Virus record (IMG/VR): IMGVR_UViG_3300048015_000072 | Location: 1 to 64,000 of that record | DNA: 64,000 nucleotides | Reading direction: 5' to 3' (one strand) | Source of the DNA: a virus | In this document: positions 19,026 to 28,447 of the stretch, one piece after another | How the letters are laid out: the number at the start of each line of letters is the position of its first letter | Numbering within the stretch: the first letter of the stretch is position 1 | Position numbers and translations under genes: made by a program | Notes under the pieces: generated by a model | Told to the model about the DNA's origin: nothing | What the model saw: the letters and a program-made list of their open reading frames with translations, nothing else | Databases searched by the model: none

Positions 19026-19988
19026 TTGTCCTTTTTTTTACCTGACTTAGAATTAGAAGCGATATTGCGAGAAGGCTTTGCAGCACTTCGGCAAGATCCA
19101 ACGCTAATTACTGATTTATTTGGGTACTTAAAACAGCCGTATCTTTATAAAAAATACGGAGACAAAGAACTGAACAAGCTGATCAAGTTTTTTACCACTG
19201 AAGAAATATCAATTGTTCACGCATTCAATTTGGTTCAATCAAGTGTTCCTTGCATTTCAATTCAATTGATCGAAAACCCAGAAGAAGAAGCTAAAGATCA
19301 ACTTTCAGATTTTGAAAACCAAATAACTCAACCCATTACAGACCCAAACCAACTCGCACAGCTTGTTGTGGTATCTGGTTTTACTCCAACGTCCTACGAT
19401 CCAAACACGGGCATATTAAAAATTCCAGATGCGGTTGATTTGAGCAATGTAAGGTACAATTTGCTATTTGTGGATGCTTCGGAAAATGAATTTGTCATCA
19501 CCGGGGGTATAAACAATCTGCCCGGTGCGAAACAATTTAACATTGGAAAAGGTCAAAGTCCGGATTTATCAAATAACGGTTTAATTCAATCAGCGATCAA
19601 CTATGAGCAATACGAACTTCAAGGCGTTTACGAAAAAGAGCGCCTAATACTCGGCATTCATACTAAAGAGCCGCTTTTGACGAAATACGTCTACACAGTG
19701 GTTAAATACACGCTCAACTCCAGAAGGTCGATTTTAGAAGATCGAGGTATGCAGCTTGCCACTTACTCAGGCTCAGACTTCACTCGTGATCAGAATTACG
19801 GGGGCGATACCGTATTTAGCAGGTTTATTACTTGCTCTGTATCGGTGAACAATACTTGGAGATCCGACAAAGTCGTTCCGATTGACGAAATTGATCTCAA
19901 TATCACCGTTGCAAGAGACGTGGCTTCAAACGAAGAGCTTGGGCTTCAAAACCAAACGGTTCAAGTTCAAGACGACGATTTTCAATAA
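19026..19988 (+). CDS. Tail terminator/completion protein
   Basis: Upstream of sheath; PCISIQL motif; TTG start after GGAG. Confidence 0.6.
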   Translation: MSFFLPDLELEAILREGFAALRQDPTLITDLFGYLKQPYLYKKYGDKELNKLIKFFTTEEISIVHAFNLVQSSVPCISIQLIENPEEEAKDQLSDFENQITQPITDPNQLAQLVVVSGFTPTSYDPNTGILKIPDAVDLSNVRYNLLFVDASENEFVITGGINNLPGAKQFNIGKGQSPDLSNNGLIQSAINYEQYELQGVYEKERLILGIHTKEPLLTKYVYTVVKYTLNSRRSILEDRGMQLATYSGSDFTRDQNYGGDTVFSRFITCSVSVNNTWRSDKVVPIDEIDLNITVARDVASNEELGLQNQTVQVQDDDFQ

Positions 19989-20073
19989 AATTACGGGTTA
20001 ATCATTTCCTTTGCCTATTTAACCCACTGGTGCTATCGTAAATTAACCGCCTTGAAACCGCTATAATTTAGAC

Positions 20074-20289
20074 ATGAAAAAGAAACAAAGGTACTTAGAG
20101 GCCTTTTCGGATTTTCAACCGGAAAACAGTCCAAAAGTGTCATTTGAATCCTGGTTCATGATTAAGGTCGCGGAAAATAAAAGCCTCAAACGCTGGCAAC
20201 TTGAACAGCTCAAAGCTTTTATGAAAAGCCAAGGTCTAGAAGAGAACGAGAAAAAAGAAACATACGACAAGGCTTATCAATGTTTTTAA
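20074..20289 (+). CDS. Small conserved pre-sheath protein (leaderless)
   Basis: SFESWF...LKAFMKSQGL; TATAAT ends 6 nt before the ATG. Confidence 0.55.
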   Translation: MKKKQRYLEAFSDFQPENSPKVSFESWFMIKVAENKSLKRWQLEQLKAFMKSQGLEENEKKETYDKAYQCF

Positions 20290-20310
20290 AATCTCTAAGG
20301 AGTAATTAAG

Positions 20311-22170
20311 ATGGCAATCAAAAAATCGTTTCAAGGGGCGAACATTCGACAACCCGGAAGCTACTCGTTTTCCACAGTGGACAACTCAGGTGGAGCACCC
20401 CTTGCTGCTAACGGAACTTTGTTTCTTGTAGGTGAAGCGGATTCTGGAGCACCCGGATCGGCAGTTGGAATTCAACAATACTCGTCGGCATCGATGAGTG
20501 CATTGATTGCAAATTACGTTTCGGGACCGATTGTTGATGCAGCAAGAGCCGCTGCGATCCCAAGCATTACCCCAGGCATTCAAGGTTTTGACCAAGTTCT
20601 GGTTTACAAAACCAACGCTTCGGTTCAAGCATCGATTAATTTGATGAATTCTGCACCTTCAGCAATCATCGAAGTACTTGCTCAAAAATATGGTGTATCA
20701 GGCAATTACTTAACCATCGCTATTGCAGCCGGAACAAACCCCACTCTTCAACGACAAATCACAATCAAAGATAAAAAGAACATCGTTACTGAAGTTTTAA
20801 ACCAAAACCCGGCAATCCCGCAACTCAGCGTTCATTACGTCGGTTCAGGTTCAGCTTGTACGATTCAAATCTCGGGCGCTTCTGAAGCTGCAAAAGTTTT
20901 GACTTCAACTGTCACTGGAGCTTCCGGCCAAAACTTGAATTTGAGCCTCGCTAACTATTCCATGAAAGATCTTGTCGATGCTTTAAATAGCTTTGGCGGC
21001 GGATCGATCTATCAAGCTGTACTGTTAAACAGCCAAACTGGAACAGTTGTTGAAGCAAGTGACCTTGATCCAATCAACTCACTTGATATTCAAACGTCGA
21101 CTCAATCGCTTTATCGCTTACAGAACGAAATCGTTGAAGAAATCAACTCTTCACAATTGGTTAAAGCTATCAAGCTTGCTCCGATGGTTGGTCTTCCCGT
21201 TATCTTGTCTGAGAGTTTCTTGTCTGGTGGAGCAAAAGGCTCTTCTGGCAATCAAGACTTTGCAAACGGTCTTGCAGCTTCATTATCGGAAGACTACGGA
21301 GTTGCACTTCCTTGTATTAGCCAAGATGCCACTGTGGACATCGCAGCCGGTTTAACTGATGTGAATTCGACTTACACAGTTGCAAGCGTTATTGCGGCTC
21401 TTGAGTCCCATTTAATTCTCCGCGGTAGCATCAAGAACCGTAAAGAAGCACAAGGGGTTGTTGGTTTCAGAACTCAAATGAAAGCAAATGCCTATGCTCA
21501 AGCTCAAACTACAAATTCCTACTTGGTTCAGTTGTTTATGCAAGACGTCTTAGTCTTGGATTCAACTGCAACTCTGGTTTGGAAACAGCCCCACGTTCAG
21601 GCAGCAATGGCCGCCGGAATGCGACTCGGAACTGACATCGGAACACCTCTTACGCACAAATTCTTAAATGCTTATGGAGTTGGTCATTTCGTTGACCCCG
21701 TTTCTGGAATGTCGATGGGTGACTTCGATCCAAACTTGGATTCAGACAACGCAATTGATGCCGGTGTAACATTTGCCGAAAAGAATAGCGGCGGATACCG
21801 AATTGTTGTGGACAACACAACCTACGGAATTGATCAATCGTTTGTGTTCAACCGCGGTTCTGTTGTTGAAGCTTCGAATTACATTGCTCAAACTTTGAGA
21901 GCAACGGCTGAATTGGTTTTTGTTGGTCAAAAAGTCAGCAACGGTGCAGCTTCTTCGATTAAAAGCGTTCTCCGAAGCAAGCTGATTGAGCTGAACAAAG
22001 CAGATATCATCACCGCCTCTTCAGATGCTCCCCAAGGTTTTGTTGAAAAAACATTTACGGTTTCGATTCAAGGAAACACTGCAACTGTGAATTTGGAAGT
22101 TAAGCCGGTTCAAGGTTTGGACTTCATTTTGATCAACTTTACACTCGGTGACATCCAACAAAGCGCTTAA
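20311..22170 (+). CDS. Contractile tail sheath protein
   Basis: 619 aa; F.G..IRQPGSYS N-terminus, LVGEADSG, FLSGG, C-terminal VKPVQGLDFILINF. Confidence 0.92.
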   Translation: MAIKKSFQGANIRQPGSYSFSTVDNSGGAPLAANGTLFLVGEADSGAPGSAVGIQQYSSASMSALIANYVSGPIVDAARAAAIPSITPGIQGFDQVLVYKTNASVQASINLMNSAPSAIIEVLAQKYGVSGNYLTIAIAAGTNPTLQRQITIKDKKNIVTEVLNQNPAIPQLSVHYVGSGSACTIQISGASEAAKVLTSTVTGASGQNLNLSLANYSMKDLVDALNSFGGGSIYQAVLLNSQTGTVVEASDLDPINSLDIQTSTQSLYRLQNEIVEEINSSQLVKAIKLAPMVGLPVILSESFLSGGAKGSSGNQDFANGLAASLSEDYGVALPCISQDATVDIAAGLTDVNSTYTVASVIAALESHLILRGSIKNRKEAQGVVGFRTQMKANAYAQAQTTNSYLVQLFMQDVLVLDSTATLVWKQPHVQAAMAAGMRLGTDIGTPLTHKFLNAYGVGHFVDPVSGMSMGDFDPNLDSDNAIDAGVTFAEKNSGGYRIVVDNTTYGIDQSFVFNRGSVVEASNYIAQTLRATAELVFVGQKVSNGAASSIKSVLRSKLIELNKADIITASSDAPQGFVEKTFTVSIQGNTATVNLEVKPVQGLDFILINFTLGDIQQSA

Positions 22171-22193
22171 GGCGTTGGTTTTAAAGGAACTGC

Positions 22194-22766
22194 GTGAGCA
22201 AAAAGATTGACTGGGAAAGCATGTACAAAAGCCCAATGCGCGGAAAAACAACCGCGCAAGGAGCTGGTTACACTTCCCGTAAAGATCAAGTCGCAAAGTC
22301 CTACCAAAAGCTTGAGCAAATGGAAAAAGCCCAAAAGCAATTTGCTCGAATTGAGCCTTATCTCCGCAAAAGTTTATTTGAATCCTTGGTCAACAAGGAC
22401 CCAATCACCGTTATTCAACCCATGTATTACTGGACCGAGACCCTGAACAAGTCGGAAGACGAAATTGATCGGCTTTACTACAATAAGCCTTCAGACGGTT
22501 CAAATGCTCAATTTCAAATCAAGAAGTCTGAAATCCCCAAAGGCACAGTCCTTACTTTTTCTCATGTGGACACTCAGATGGGCCAGTGGATATTTAAAAG
22601 CTCTAATGGCCCCGACATCGAGATTTACAGTACACCCATGATTCAACTCCCAGGTCCCGGCGGACAACCCGTACAGGTGCGCAATGATGGATTCTGGGGC
22701 CTTATGACTTCGACCTCGATCTACGAAGATGTTTTAGCAAGTTTAACTAGCGAATCAGAAGAGTAA
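22194..22766 (+). CDS. Hypothetical protein, possible capsid cargo
   Basis: VAKS, MEKA, LRKS, LNKS, IKKS motifs. Confidence 0.5.
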   Translation: MSKKIDWESMYKSPMRGKTTAQGAGYTSRKDQVAKSYQKLEQMEKAQKQFARIEPYLRKSLFESLVNKDPITVIQPMYYWTETLNKSEDEIDRLYYNKPSDGSNAQFQIKKSEIPKGTVLTFSHVDTQMGQWIFKSSNGPDIEIYSTPMIQLPGPGGQPVQVRNDGFWGLMTSTSIYEDVLASLTSESEE

Positions 22767-22813
22767 AAGCCTAATCCCAAAAGGGCTAAAATAAAAAGGG
22801 TAAGGGAGAATCT

Positions 22814-23239
22814 ATGTCGCAAACTTTTAGTGGTGTAAAAGCCAGTCTCAAATTAAACGGTGTCAAAGTCGCATTCGTCGGAAGCATAAACGTCACTCAA
22901 GAAAACACGCTCACCGCGGTTGATGTACTCGACCAAGTCGAAGTGGCGGAACTTGCAGAAACGGGACACCAAGTATCTTTCACGTGCAACATCTTCAAAG
23001 TCGATCAAAACTCGGCATTGAGCCTCGGTTTCGATTATACAGACCTCACATCGCTTTTAACTCAGCCGGAAATGGTCATGGAAATTTATGACCGTATCAA
23101 CGACAAAGTCCAATACTCGATCACTGGAGTTAAGTGGGAAGGTGGATCTGGTTCGGTTGATGCCCGTGGATTGTGGCAGGGTAGTTGGAACTTCAAAGGC
23201 CGTATCGGTGGTGCCGCCGCCGGTAACGGATCTCTCTAA
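22814..23239 (+). CDS. Tail tube protein
   Basis: 141 aa, beta-rich, after sheath; TFSG..ASLKLNG.KV; followed by a terminator. Confidence 0.85.
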   Translation: MSQTFSGVKASLKLNGVKVAFVGSINVTQENTLTAVDVLDQVEVAELAETGHQVSFTCNIFKVDQNSALSLGFDYTDLTSLLTQPEMVMEIYDRINDKVQYSITGVKWEGGSGSVDARGLWQGSWNFKGRIGGAAAGNGSL

Positions 23240-23286
23240 TAGCCTTTAAATTCGTAGCATACCAAGCTGCTTAGGCGTCTGGGCGC

Positions 23287-23320
23287 AAGGCCGATCTCAA
23301 AAGTCGGCCTTTTGCTTTTT
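23287..23320 (+). terminator. Rho-independent terminator
   Basis: AAGGCCGA-TCTCAAAAG-TCGGCCTT-TTGCTTTTT. Confidence 0.85.
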
Positions 23321-23423
23321 GGGTTAAACAATTACTCTTGCAGAGTTATTTAACCCTGTGTATCCTGTATTTAACCCATGTTCAAAATCTGAAAATCAAT
23401 CATGGGTAATCTAGGAAATACTC

Positions 23424-23843
23424 ATGAAATTGGCTAGATCCACAAGCATTGAGGCTTACAAAAAGATTCAAGCTGAAGGGCTTTTAAGCAAGCTACGTTT
23501 CCAAGTCTACGATGTGTTATTTAACCGAGGCCCTTTGACCCAAGGGGAGACCTGGAAAGAGCATTTCGGATCAAGTCAGCGCCATACGATATGCCCGAGA
23601 TTTGCTGAATTAGAATCATTAGGGGTCGTCCAGTGCGTTGGAGAGCGCCCATGCAGGGTAACGGGTAGGGTTACTAGGCTCTACGACGTAACCGACCAAT
23701 TACCATCCGACTTCAAACCCAAAATCACCAATGCCCAGAGAGTTCAAATCCTACGAAGAATCTGCCAAGACGCAGCCCAAGTATTTCGAGCCCAAGGGTT
23801 TGATGAAGTGGCCTCGGAAATAGAAAGCCAGATCGATCTATGA
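23424..23843 (+). CDS. Winged-helix DNA-binding protein
   Basis: TSIEAY...GPLT.GE...PRFAELE.LGVV pattern; its promoter TTGCAG-17-TATCCT is overlapped by TATTTAACC copies. Confidence 0.65.
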   Translation: MKLARSTSIEAYKKIQAEGLLSKLRFQVYDVLFNRGPLTQGETWKEHFGSSQRHTICPRFAELESLGVVQCVGERPCRVTGRVTRLYDVTDQLPSDFKPKITNAQRVQILRRICQDAAQVFRAQGFDEVASEIESQIDL

Positions 23844-24073
23844 ACTACGTGTTTGAGTGGTCTCAAGCTTACCTCATGCACTTCGCGGGTTGGGTGTCTT
23901 TTCTGCTCGCCTTTCAGGTCTACAAAAAAGGCCTTCCAAGGCTTTGGCTAATCCCGGAGCTAGTGAAGTCAGCAATCGCTATGGCGCTTGTTGTGGGGCT
24001 GTTCTCGAGTGCAGCACACAATCATTACCTTTCTCATTTCCTTCAAAAACCAACCAAAGTTTTTTCCAAATAA
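23840..24073 (+). CDS. Small membrane protein
   Basis: Two hydrophobic segments; ATGA coupling. Confidence 0.5.
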   Translation: MNYVFEWSQAYLMHFAGWVSFLLAFQVYKKGLPRLWLIPELVKSAIAMALVVGLFSSAAHNHYLSHFLQKPTKVFSK

Positions 24074-24110
24074 AAATTGACGTTCAATCGTAATTTCAAT
24101 AGGTTGGAGC

Positions 24111-24221
24111 AAAGGGCGTCGGTGTAGTAGCGGCCCCCGCAACCATTAACTCAATGATTTCAATTACTTAGACGAAAAGGTCGTCGGTAAAAAGGTCGTC
24201 GAGGTCGTCGTTTTAAATCGG
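24111..24221 (+). mobile_element. attP-like site: tRNA-fMet 3' end plus arm repeats and IHF-like sites
   Basis: CGGCCCCCGCAACCA (24131-24145) equals the canonical tRNA-fMet 3' end; AGGTCGTCG x3; adjacent to the integrase. Confidence 0.75.
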
Positions 24222-24273
24222 TTTCCGCTACAAATACTAAGGCCCTTTCAACTTTTTTCCGAAAGGGACCTAT

Positions 24274-25404
24274 ATGTCAGAGTCAAAAGGCACGTATTCC
24301 GTTAGCAAGTCTTCAACCTACAAATGCGGCTGGCGCTTGCGTCGAAAGGTTTGGATCGATCAAAAACCTGTAACACAAGTTGTACCGCAAAAGGCTTGGA
24401 AGGCCTTGGGTTTTACTCAAGATATGAGCCTTGAGACGGCTAGAGCTAGAGCCTCGCAGTTAAATGAGTTACAAAGCCTAGAATCCGAAAAAATAAGGAA
24501 AGCTGCAAACCGAGTAATTAGGATTGATCGAGTCGAAAGTGCTTTTTTACCAGAACACCTTGTTGTTGAGTTTCAAAATCAAATTTTAGGTAGACGTTTT
24601 GCTGGCGAGATCCACCGCAAAAAAATGGTAAGTCACTGGCGTAAATTACAAAAGCTAATTGTCGATGTAGAAATTGAGCCGAGCCAATATTCGGAACATT
24701 CAGAAAAGATCTACGATTGGTTTATTGAGAACGAATTGTCACTTCAATATACGTTAAAGCTTATAGCGTTGCTCAATCGATGGGGATTATTTTGTTGCAA
24801 AAAAGAAGGCAAATTCTTTGAACCAATTCATATGCCAAAAGGTAAGGATCGGGAACTGATTGCAGATACTTATTATGAATCAGAAGGGTTCAGAGGGGAA
24901 AGCGATCCATTAACCCCCGAAGAACTTGAATCCAAAAAGAACCATTTTTCAGAAGCACAATATCGATGGTTACTTGTTTCAATTTGGTTTGGACTTAGAC
25001 CACAAGAAATCAATGCTTTAAAAATTGCAGACCCCTCAAAATGGAAAGTTGAATACAACAATGACCTTGGAGTTGAAGTCTTAAGCGTTTATCAACCAAA
25101 ACTTGTGACTATAGAAAGGGAGAAACGTTGGAAACGTATTCCGGTATTCTTGCCGAAGCAGAAGTTGGTTTTAGCATACATAATGGAAGGCGGACTTAAA
25201 ACCCCGCTTTACAAAAAGATGTCTGAGGTTTTCACTGGCAAACGAATTACTTTGTACGGGGGAAGAAAGAACTTCGAAGACCTTATGAAGACGCATGGTC
25301 AGCAAATCACGGATATTGCCCAATGGTTGGGACATCAAACAATTGAAAGAACCTGGACTAAATACCGAAATAAGAACAGAGTTTCGTTTACTAAGGTTTC
25401 TTGA
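24274..25404 (+). CDS. int: Tyrosine integrase/recombinase
   Basis: GLRPQEI (catalytic R), YGGRK (HxxR variant), QWLGH, terminal catalytic Y (WTKY). Confidence 0.88.
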   Translation: MSESKGTYSVSKSSTYKCGWRLRRKVWIDQKPVTQVVPQKAWKALGFTQDMSLETARARASQLNELQSLESEKIRKAANRVIRIDRVESAFLPEHLVVEFQNQILGRRFAGEIHRKKMVSHWRKLQKLIVDVEIEPSQYSEHSEKIYDWFIENELSLQYTLKLIALLNRWGLFCCKKEGKFFEPIHMPKGKDRELIADTYYESEGFRGESDPLTPEELESKKNHFSEAQYRWLLVSIWFGLRPQEINALKIADPSKWKVEYNNDLGVEVLSVYQPKLVTIEREKRWKRIPVFLPKQKLVLAYIMEGGLKTPLYKKMSEVFTGKRITLYGGRKNFEDLMKTHGQQITDIAQWLGHQTIERTWTKYRNKNRVSFTKVS

Positions 25405-25930
25405 GAAATAACTCAGGAAATTGGGCTTTGCGTTCTTCAACAATGGCCCTGATAATATCAAGCGAAACTGGAACCCCCCGAAGCTGTTCAACGCTGACAT
25501 TCAAATATCGAGGGTCTTCGCCATGGTCTGGATGCTTTACGATACCTTGGTGGAGATGCCCGTGGACGTTCACAGTGCCCCGTAGCGAGTTTGGATGAAT
25601 GGGGGCATGGCTCAGCCATAGGCCCTTGTACTTAATCAACCCGTAGACGTTTTGAAAGTAGGGTTTAAATACTTCGAGATCGCCTCCGTCATGGTTTCCT
25701 CGGATCAAGAATTTTTGACCTTTCATCTTGTTTAGGTATTTGAGATTTTCGTGACCAAAAGCCACATCACCCAGCACGTAAACGATGTCACCTTTGCCCA
25801 CTACCGAATTCCATTGGTCTACCAGCCAAAAATTCATTTCTTCAGTTGTGGCACCTTCCCGGTATCCTTCAGTGAAACTAAGGATGTTTTTATGGCCTAG
25901 ATGAAGGTCTGAAATAAAAAAGATTGTCAT
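25391..25930 (-). CDS. Calcineurin-like metallophosphoesterase
   Basis: DLHLGH, GDVA, GNHD, HGHLH; likely start MTIFFISD at 25930. Confidence 0.88.
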   Translation of the reverse strand: MTIFFISDLHLGHKNILSFTEGYREGATTEEMNFWLVDQWNSVVGKGDIVYVLGDVAFGHENLKYLNKMKGQKFLIRGNHDGGDLEVFKPYFQNVYGLIKYKGLWLSHAPIHPNSLRGTVNVHGHLHQGIVKHPDHGEDPRYLNVSVEQLRGVPVSLDIIRAIVEERKAQFPELFLKKP

Positions 25931-26253
25931 CCGCCAACCTTGGTTAAAACCATGCCCAAGATCATCAAAAACACCCCAAGTATTGCGATGTTTGAGATTC
26001 GAACATTGAATACCAAAACAGGCACTAGACAATAAGCCCCTACGATCATGGCGTCCCAGTAGAGCCCATATAGGTATCTAACGTGCTGATCCGGGGCTCG
26101 CTTTGCAATCGTTAACCAAAGCAGGTTTGCCGCAATCGAAATGGAAATTCCATTCAAGTAGTAATAAAGCGGGACATTTTGAAGTCGATTGGAGTTACTT
26201 ACCAAGACCGATAAAATGTAACAAATCGCACCGGGAATGAAGAAGTAGAGCAT
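25927..26253 (-). CDS. Small 4-TM membrane protein (SMR/DMT-like)
   Basis: Four hydrophobic helices; ILGVFLMILGMVL C-terminus. Confidence 0.6.
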   Translation of the reverse strand: MLYFFIPGAICYILSVLVSNSNRLQNVPLYYYLNGISISIAANLLWLTIAKRAPDQHVRYLYGLYWDAMIVGAYCLVPVLVFNVRISNIAILGVFLMILGMVLTKVGG

Positions 26254-26281
26254 TGGGCAGCTTCCTTATGCTTTTATTTTA

Positions 26282-26590
26282 CTATCGCTTCGCCATCAGT
26301 TTTTTAGCCAGCTCTACCGCTTCTTCGGCATTCGGATGCTTTTCGTCGAAATCAACGCAAGGAGTATGCTCGTCTTCTTTTAAATAACCCAAAGCCCGGC
26401 CCATGATGTACCAGGATTGCTCAAGCCCGTCGTAGGCATAGTCTGAAAGATAAGGATTAGAACAGACGTAATAAGCGTATTTGGCGGCCAAAAGCCTTAA
26501 AGTAGCGTATTGGTAAAGCTCCTCACAAAACTCACGTTCTGTTTCAATTCTAGTTTTGAATGCTTGAATTTCCGCATCTACGTTTTTCAT
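26282..26590 (-). CDS. Stand-alone protein resembling NAD-dependent DNA ligase domain Ia
   Basis: YAYY...PYLSDYAYDGLE matches LigA YY..d.P.ISD.EYD.L. Confidence 0.6.
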   Translation of the reverse strand: MKNVDAEIQAFKTRIETEREFCEELYQYATLRLLAAKYAYYVCSNPYLSDYAYDGLEQSWYIMGRALGYLKEDEHTPCVDFDEKHPNAEEAVELAKKLMAKR

Positions 26591-26850
26591 TCGAAGAGTT
26601 TGATGTCTCTTTCATTTAAGATCTCAAAAAATTTCCCCTCTAAAAGGTCAATTAAAAGATTTCCTTTTTCCCCAAGTTTTTTACGCAAAGTTTCAATTTC
26701 TTGATCTTGATAACCGTGTTTTCTGGCGGGTCGAAAAATTTGATTTGCGATTTCTTCTAAAGCAAATTTCATTTCCGACGCTTTAAGAGCCAACTCATGG
26801 TCTTTGCGTTCTTCGGCTTTACTCAAATCAAATATTAAATGTGCTTTCAT
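26587..26850 (-). CDS. Hypothetical phage protein
   Basis: MKA.L.FDL...E motif; coupled operon. Confidence 0.6.
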   Translation of the reverse strand: MKAHLIFDLSKAEERKDHELALKASEMKFALEEIANQIFRPARKHGYQDQEIETLRKKLGEKGNLLIDLLEGKFFEILNERDIKLFE

Positions 26851-27047
26851 TTTCCCCCCTTTTTAATTTCATACCCAAGACTGGTTAAATACTCCACAAC
26901 GGCAAGAATGTAGATCTTCGCCACGAACTCATCAGATTCGAGATAATGAAGCCCATCAAACTTCGGAGTGTTGATGAACTTTGGATGGGCCAGAATTAGC
27001 ACTTCTCTGGTGTCTTCTCGGTGAACTGTAAAGGGTGTCTCTTTCAA
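26847..27047 (-). CDS. Hypothetical protein
   Basis: Overlap-coupled in the leftward operon. Confidence 0.5.
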   Translation of the reverse strand: MKETPFTVHREDTREVLILAHPKFINTPKFDGLHYLESDEFVAKIYILAVVEYLTSLGYEIKKGGK

Positions 27048-27316
27048 GATATTTCTCCTGTTAGTTCGTCGATTTCGCGAACGTGTTCGTCAACGGTAGC
27101 GTTTAATAAAGCTTTTATTTCGTGTTTTTGAAGGTTGTCGTATTCAAGCATGTCGTAGACCTGAAGGAGCACCACTTTCATGGCGTCCCCAAGGCAATAC
27201 TCTGGACCTTGATACTTGGTCCGAGTATTTAGATCATCGCCGTCTTGACGGTAGCCTTGCGGCTTTTTAGGCCTGTTCTTCATCGTCTTCTCCAAAAGCG
27301 TAAAACACGATTGCAA
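27044..27316 (-). CDS. Hypothetical protein (start uncertain)
   Basis: Coupled in the leftward operon. Confidence 0.45.
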   Translation of the reverse strand: MQSCFTLLEKTMKNRPKKPQGYRQDGDDLNTRTKYQGPEYCLGDAMKVVLLQVYDMLEYDNLQKHEIKALLNATVDEHVREIDELTGEIS

Positions 27317-27349
27317 TTACCAAACAAACAACCATAAATTCGTGCTGAT

Positions 27350-27760
27350 TCATTTTCGCTTTTCCGCTTCTTCGTCTTCAATAAAACGAAGCTCGTGCTC
27401 TTTGCTATATACCCAGATTCTTCGTGGGATCTCGAGGTCAAGCTCCCTAACATTTACGAGTTCAATCGATTCAATTTCTTCAAGCGGAATGTTTTCTGCG
27501 GGCAATTTGAGATGATTGTCAGTAATAAATTCTTCTTTCCATTTTTCAAATACTTCACTCGCCATAATTGGAAAGTACTGACGATCTGGCCCGTCATCCC
27601 ACGTTATGTGGTAAGTTCCTTTGATCTCCGGACCCCTAATTTTGGTGCCATCTTTTTTGGTAATCAAAACATCGCCTTTGCCCACATTGCGAATCATTCC
27701 GATTTTGATTACTTTTGGATATTCACTATTTCGCTTTTTTCCAAATAACCAATTCAGCAT
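27350..27760 (-). CDS. Hypothetical protein
   Basis: GAGG RBS; operon context. Confidence 0.55.
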   Translation of the reverse strand: MLNWLFGKKRNSEYPKVIKIGMIRNVGKGDVLITKKDGTKIRGPEIKGTYHITWDDGPDRQYFPIMASEVFEKWKEEFITDNHLKLPAENIPLEEIESIELVNVRELDLEIPRRIWVYSKEHELRFIEDEEAEKRK

Positions 27761-27786
27761 ACGTTCCTCTTTTGGTTACGCGCGTT

Positions 27787-28017
27787 TCAAATAAATTCAG
27801 ATAAAATAGTGTCTGCAAGTAAAGTTGCAGTCTCTTTGGTCAGAACTAAAACCATGCTTTTTCCGTCTTCTGAAATTTCAAATGGGAGTGCTCCCGTTGT
27901 GGAGTTTTCCAAAACCTGAATTTGAAAAGTATCTGATTCAGATTTTATAAAAACTTTTCGAATCAAAACTTGATCATTTATTTTTTGTTCTGCAATACGT
28001 TCCAAGGTTTCCATCAT
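27787..28017 (-). CDS. Hypothetical protein
   Basis: GGAGG RBS; ATGA coupling. Confidence 0.55.
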   Translation of the reverse strand: MMETLERIAEQKINDQVLIRKVFIKSESDTFQIQVLENSTTGALPFEISEDGKSMVLVLTKETATLLADTILSEFI

Positions 28018-28211
28018 GACCGTTTTCCTCCAAGAGCCATTCCCAAAGCCATGGGCATTAAAAACAACACGGTGAATGTGACTGCCCCAGTAATTGGATT
28101 TTCTCGTCCCGACAAAGTGCTAGCGACAATGCCCAATGTAACAATCGAGAAAGGAATCAAGCCCCAAATGGCAAACATGACCTTAATACCAAACAGTGCT
28201 CTTGATCTCAT
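28014..28211 (-). CDS. Small 2-TM membrane protein
   Basis: Likely start ATG 28211 coupled to the upstream stop; hydrophobic. Confidence 0.5.
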   Translation of the reverse strand: MRSRALFGIKVMFAIWGLIPFSIVTLGIVASTLSGRENPITGAVTFTVLFLMPMALGMALGGKRS

Positions 28212-28447
28212 TGAAGCCCCATAGGGCAAGTAGCACGTTGAAGTTTTGCTACTGGAAGATCTCCTTGAAGCACCCCATCTTTTGTAAATCGAAGAGTGTT
28301 GTCTTGAGAAAGATTTGTAAAAGCGCCGCTCAAGAACTTGACCACTACTGGACAAACTCGTGATCGATTCAAAACTTGATAAACCAGTCCAATCCGTCCG
28401 TTAAAAATAACAGTGTCCCCAACGTGAAAATTATTGCTGTTTTCCAT
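28208..28447 (-). CDS. Small SH3-like hypothetical protein
   Basis: FHVGDTV...G.V...FTKDG motif. Confidence 0.55.
   Translation of the reverse strand: MENSNNFHVGDTVIFNGRIGLVYQVLNRSRVCPVVVKFLSGAFTNLSQDNTLRFTKDGVLQGDLPVAKLQRATCPMGLQ

Noticed and set aside
24111-24145. Functional tRNA-Met gene
   Set aside because: Only the 3' part is present and the T-loop is replaced; interpreted as an att site
28212-28355. N-terminal extension of ORF 28014..28355 (likewise 8119, 25931-26032, 18035, 37183, 61819)
   Set aside because: Overlaps upstream genes or promoters; downstream coupled, RBS-supported or leaderless starts fit better
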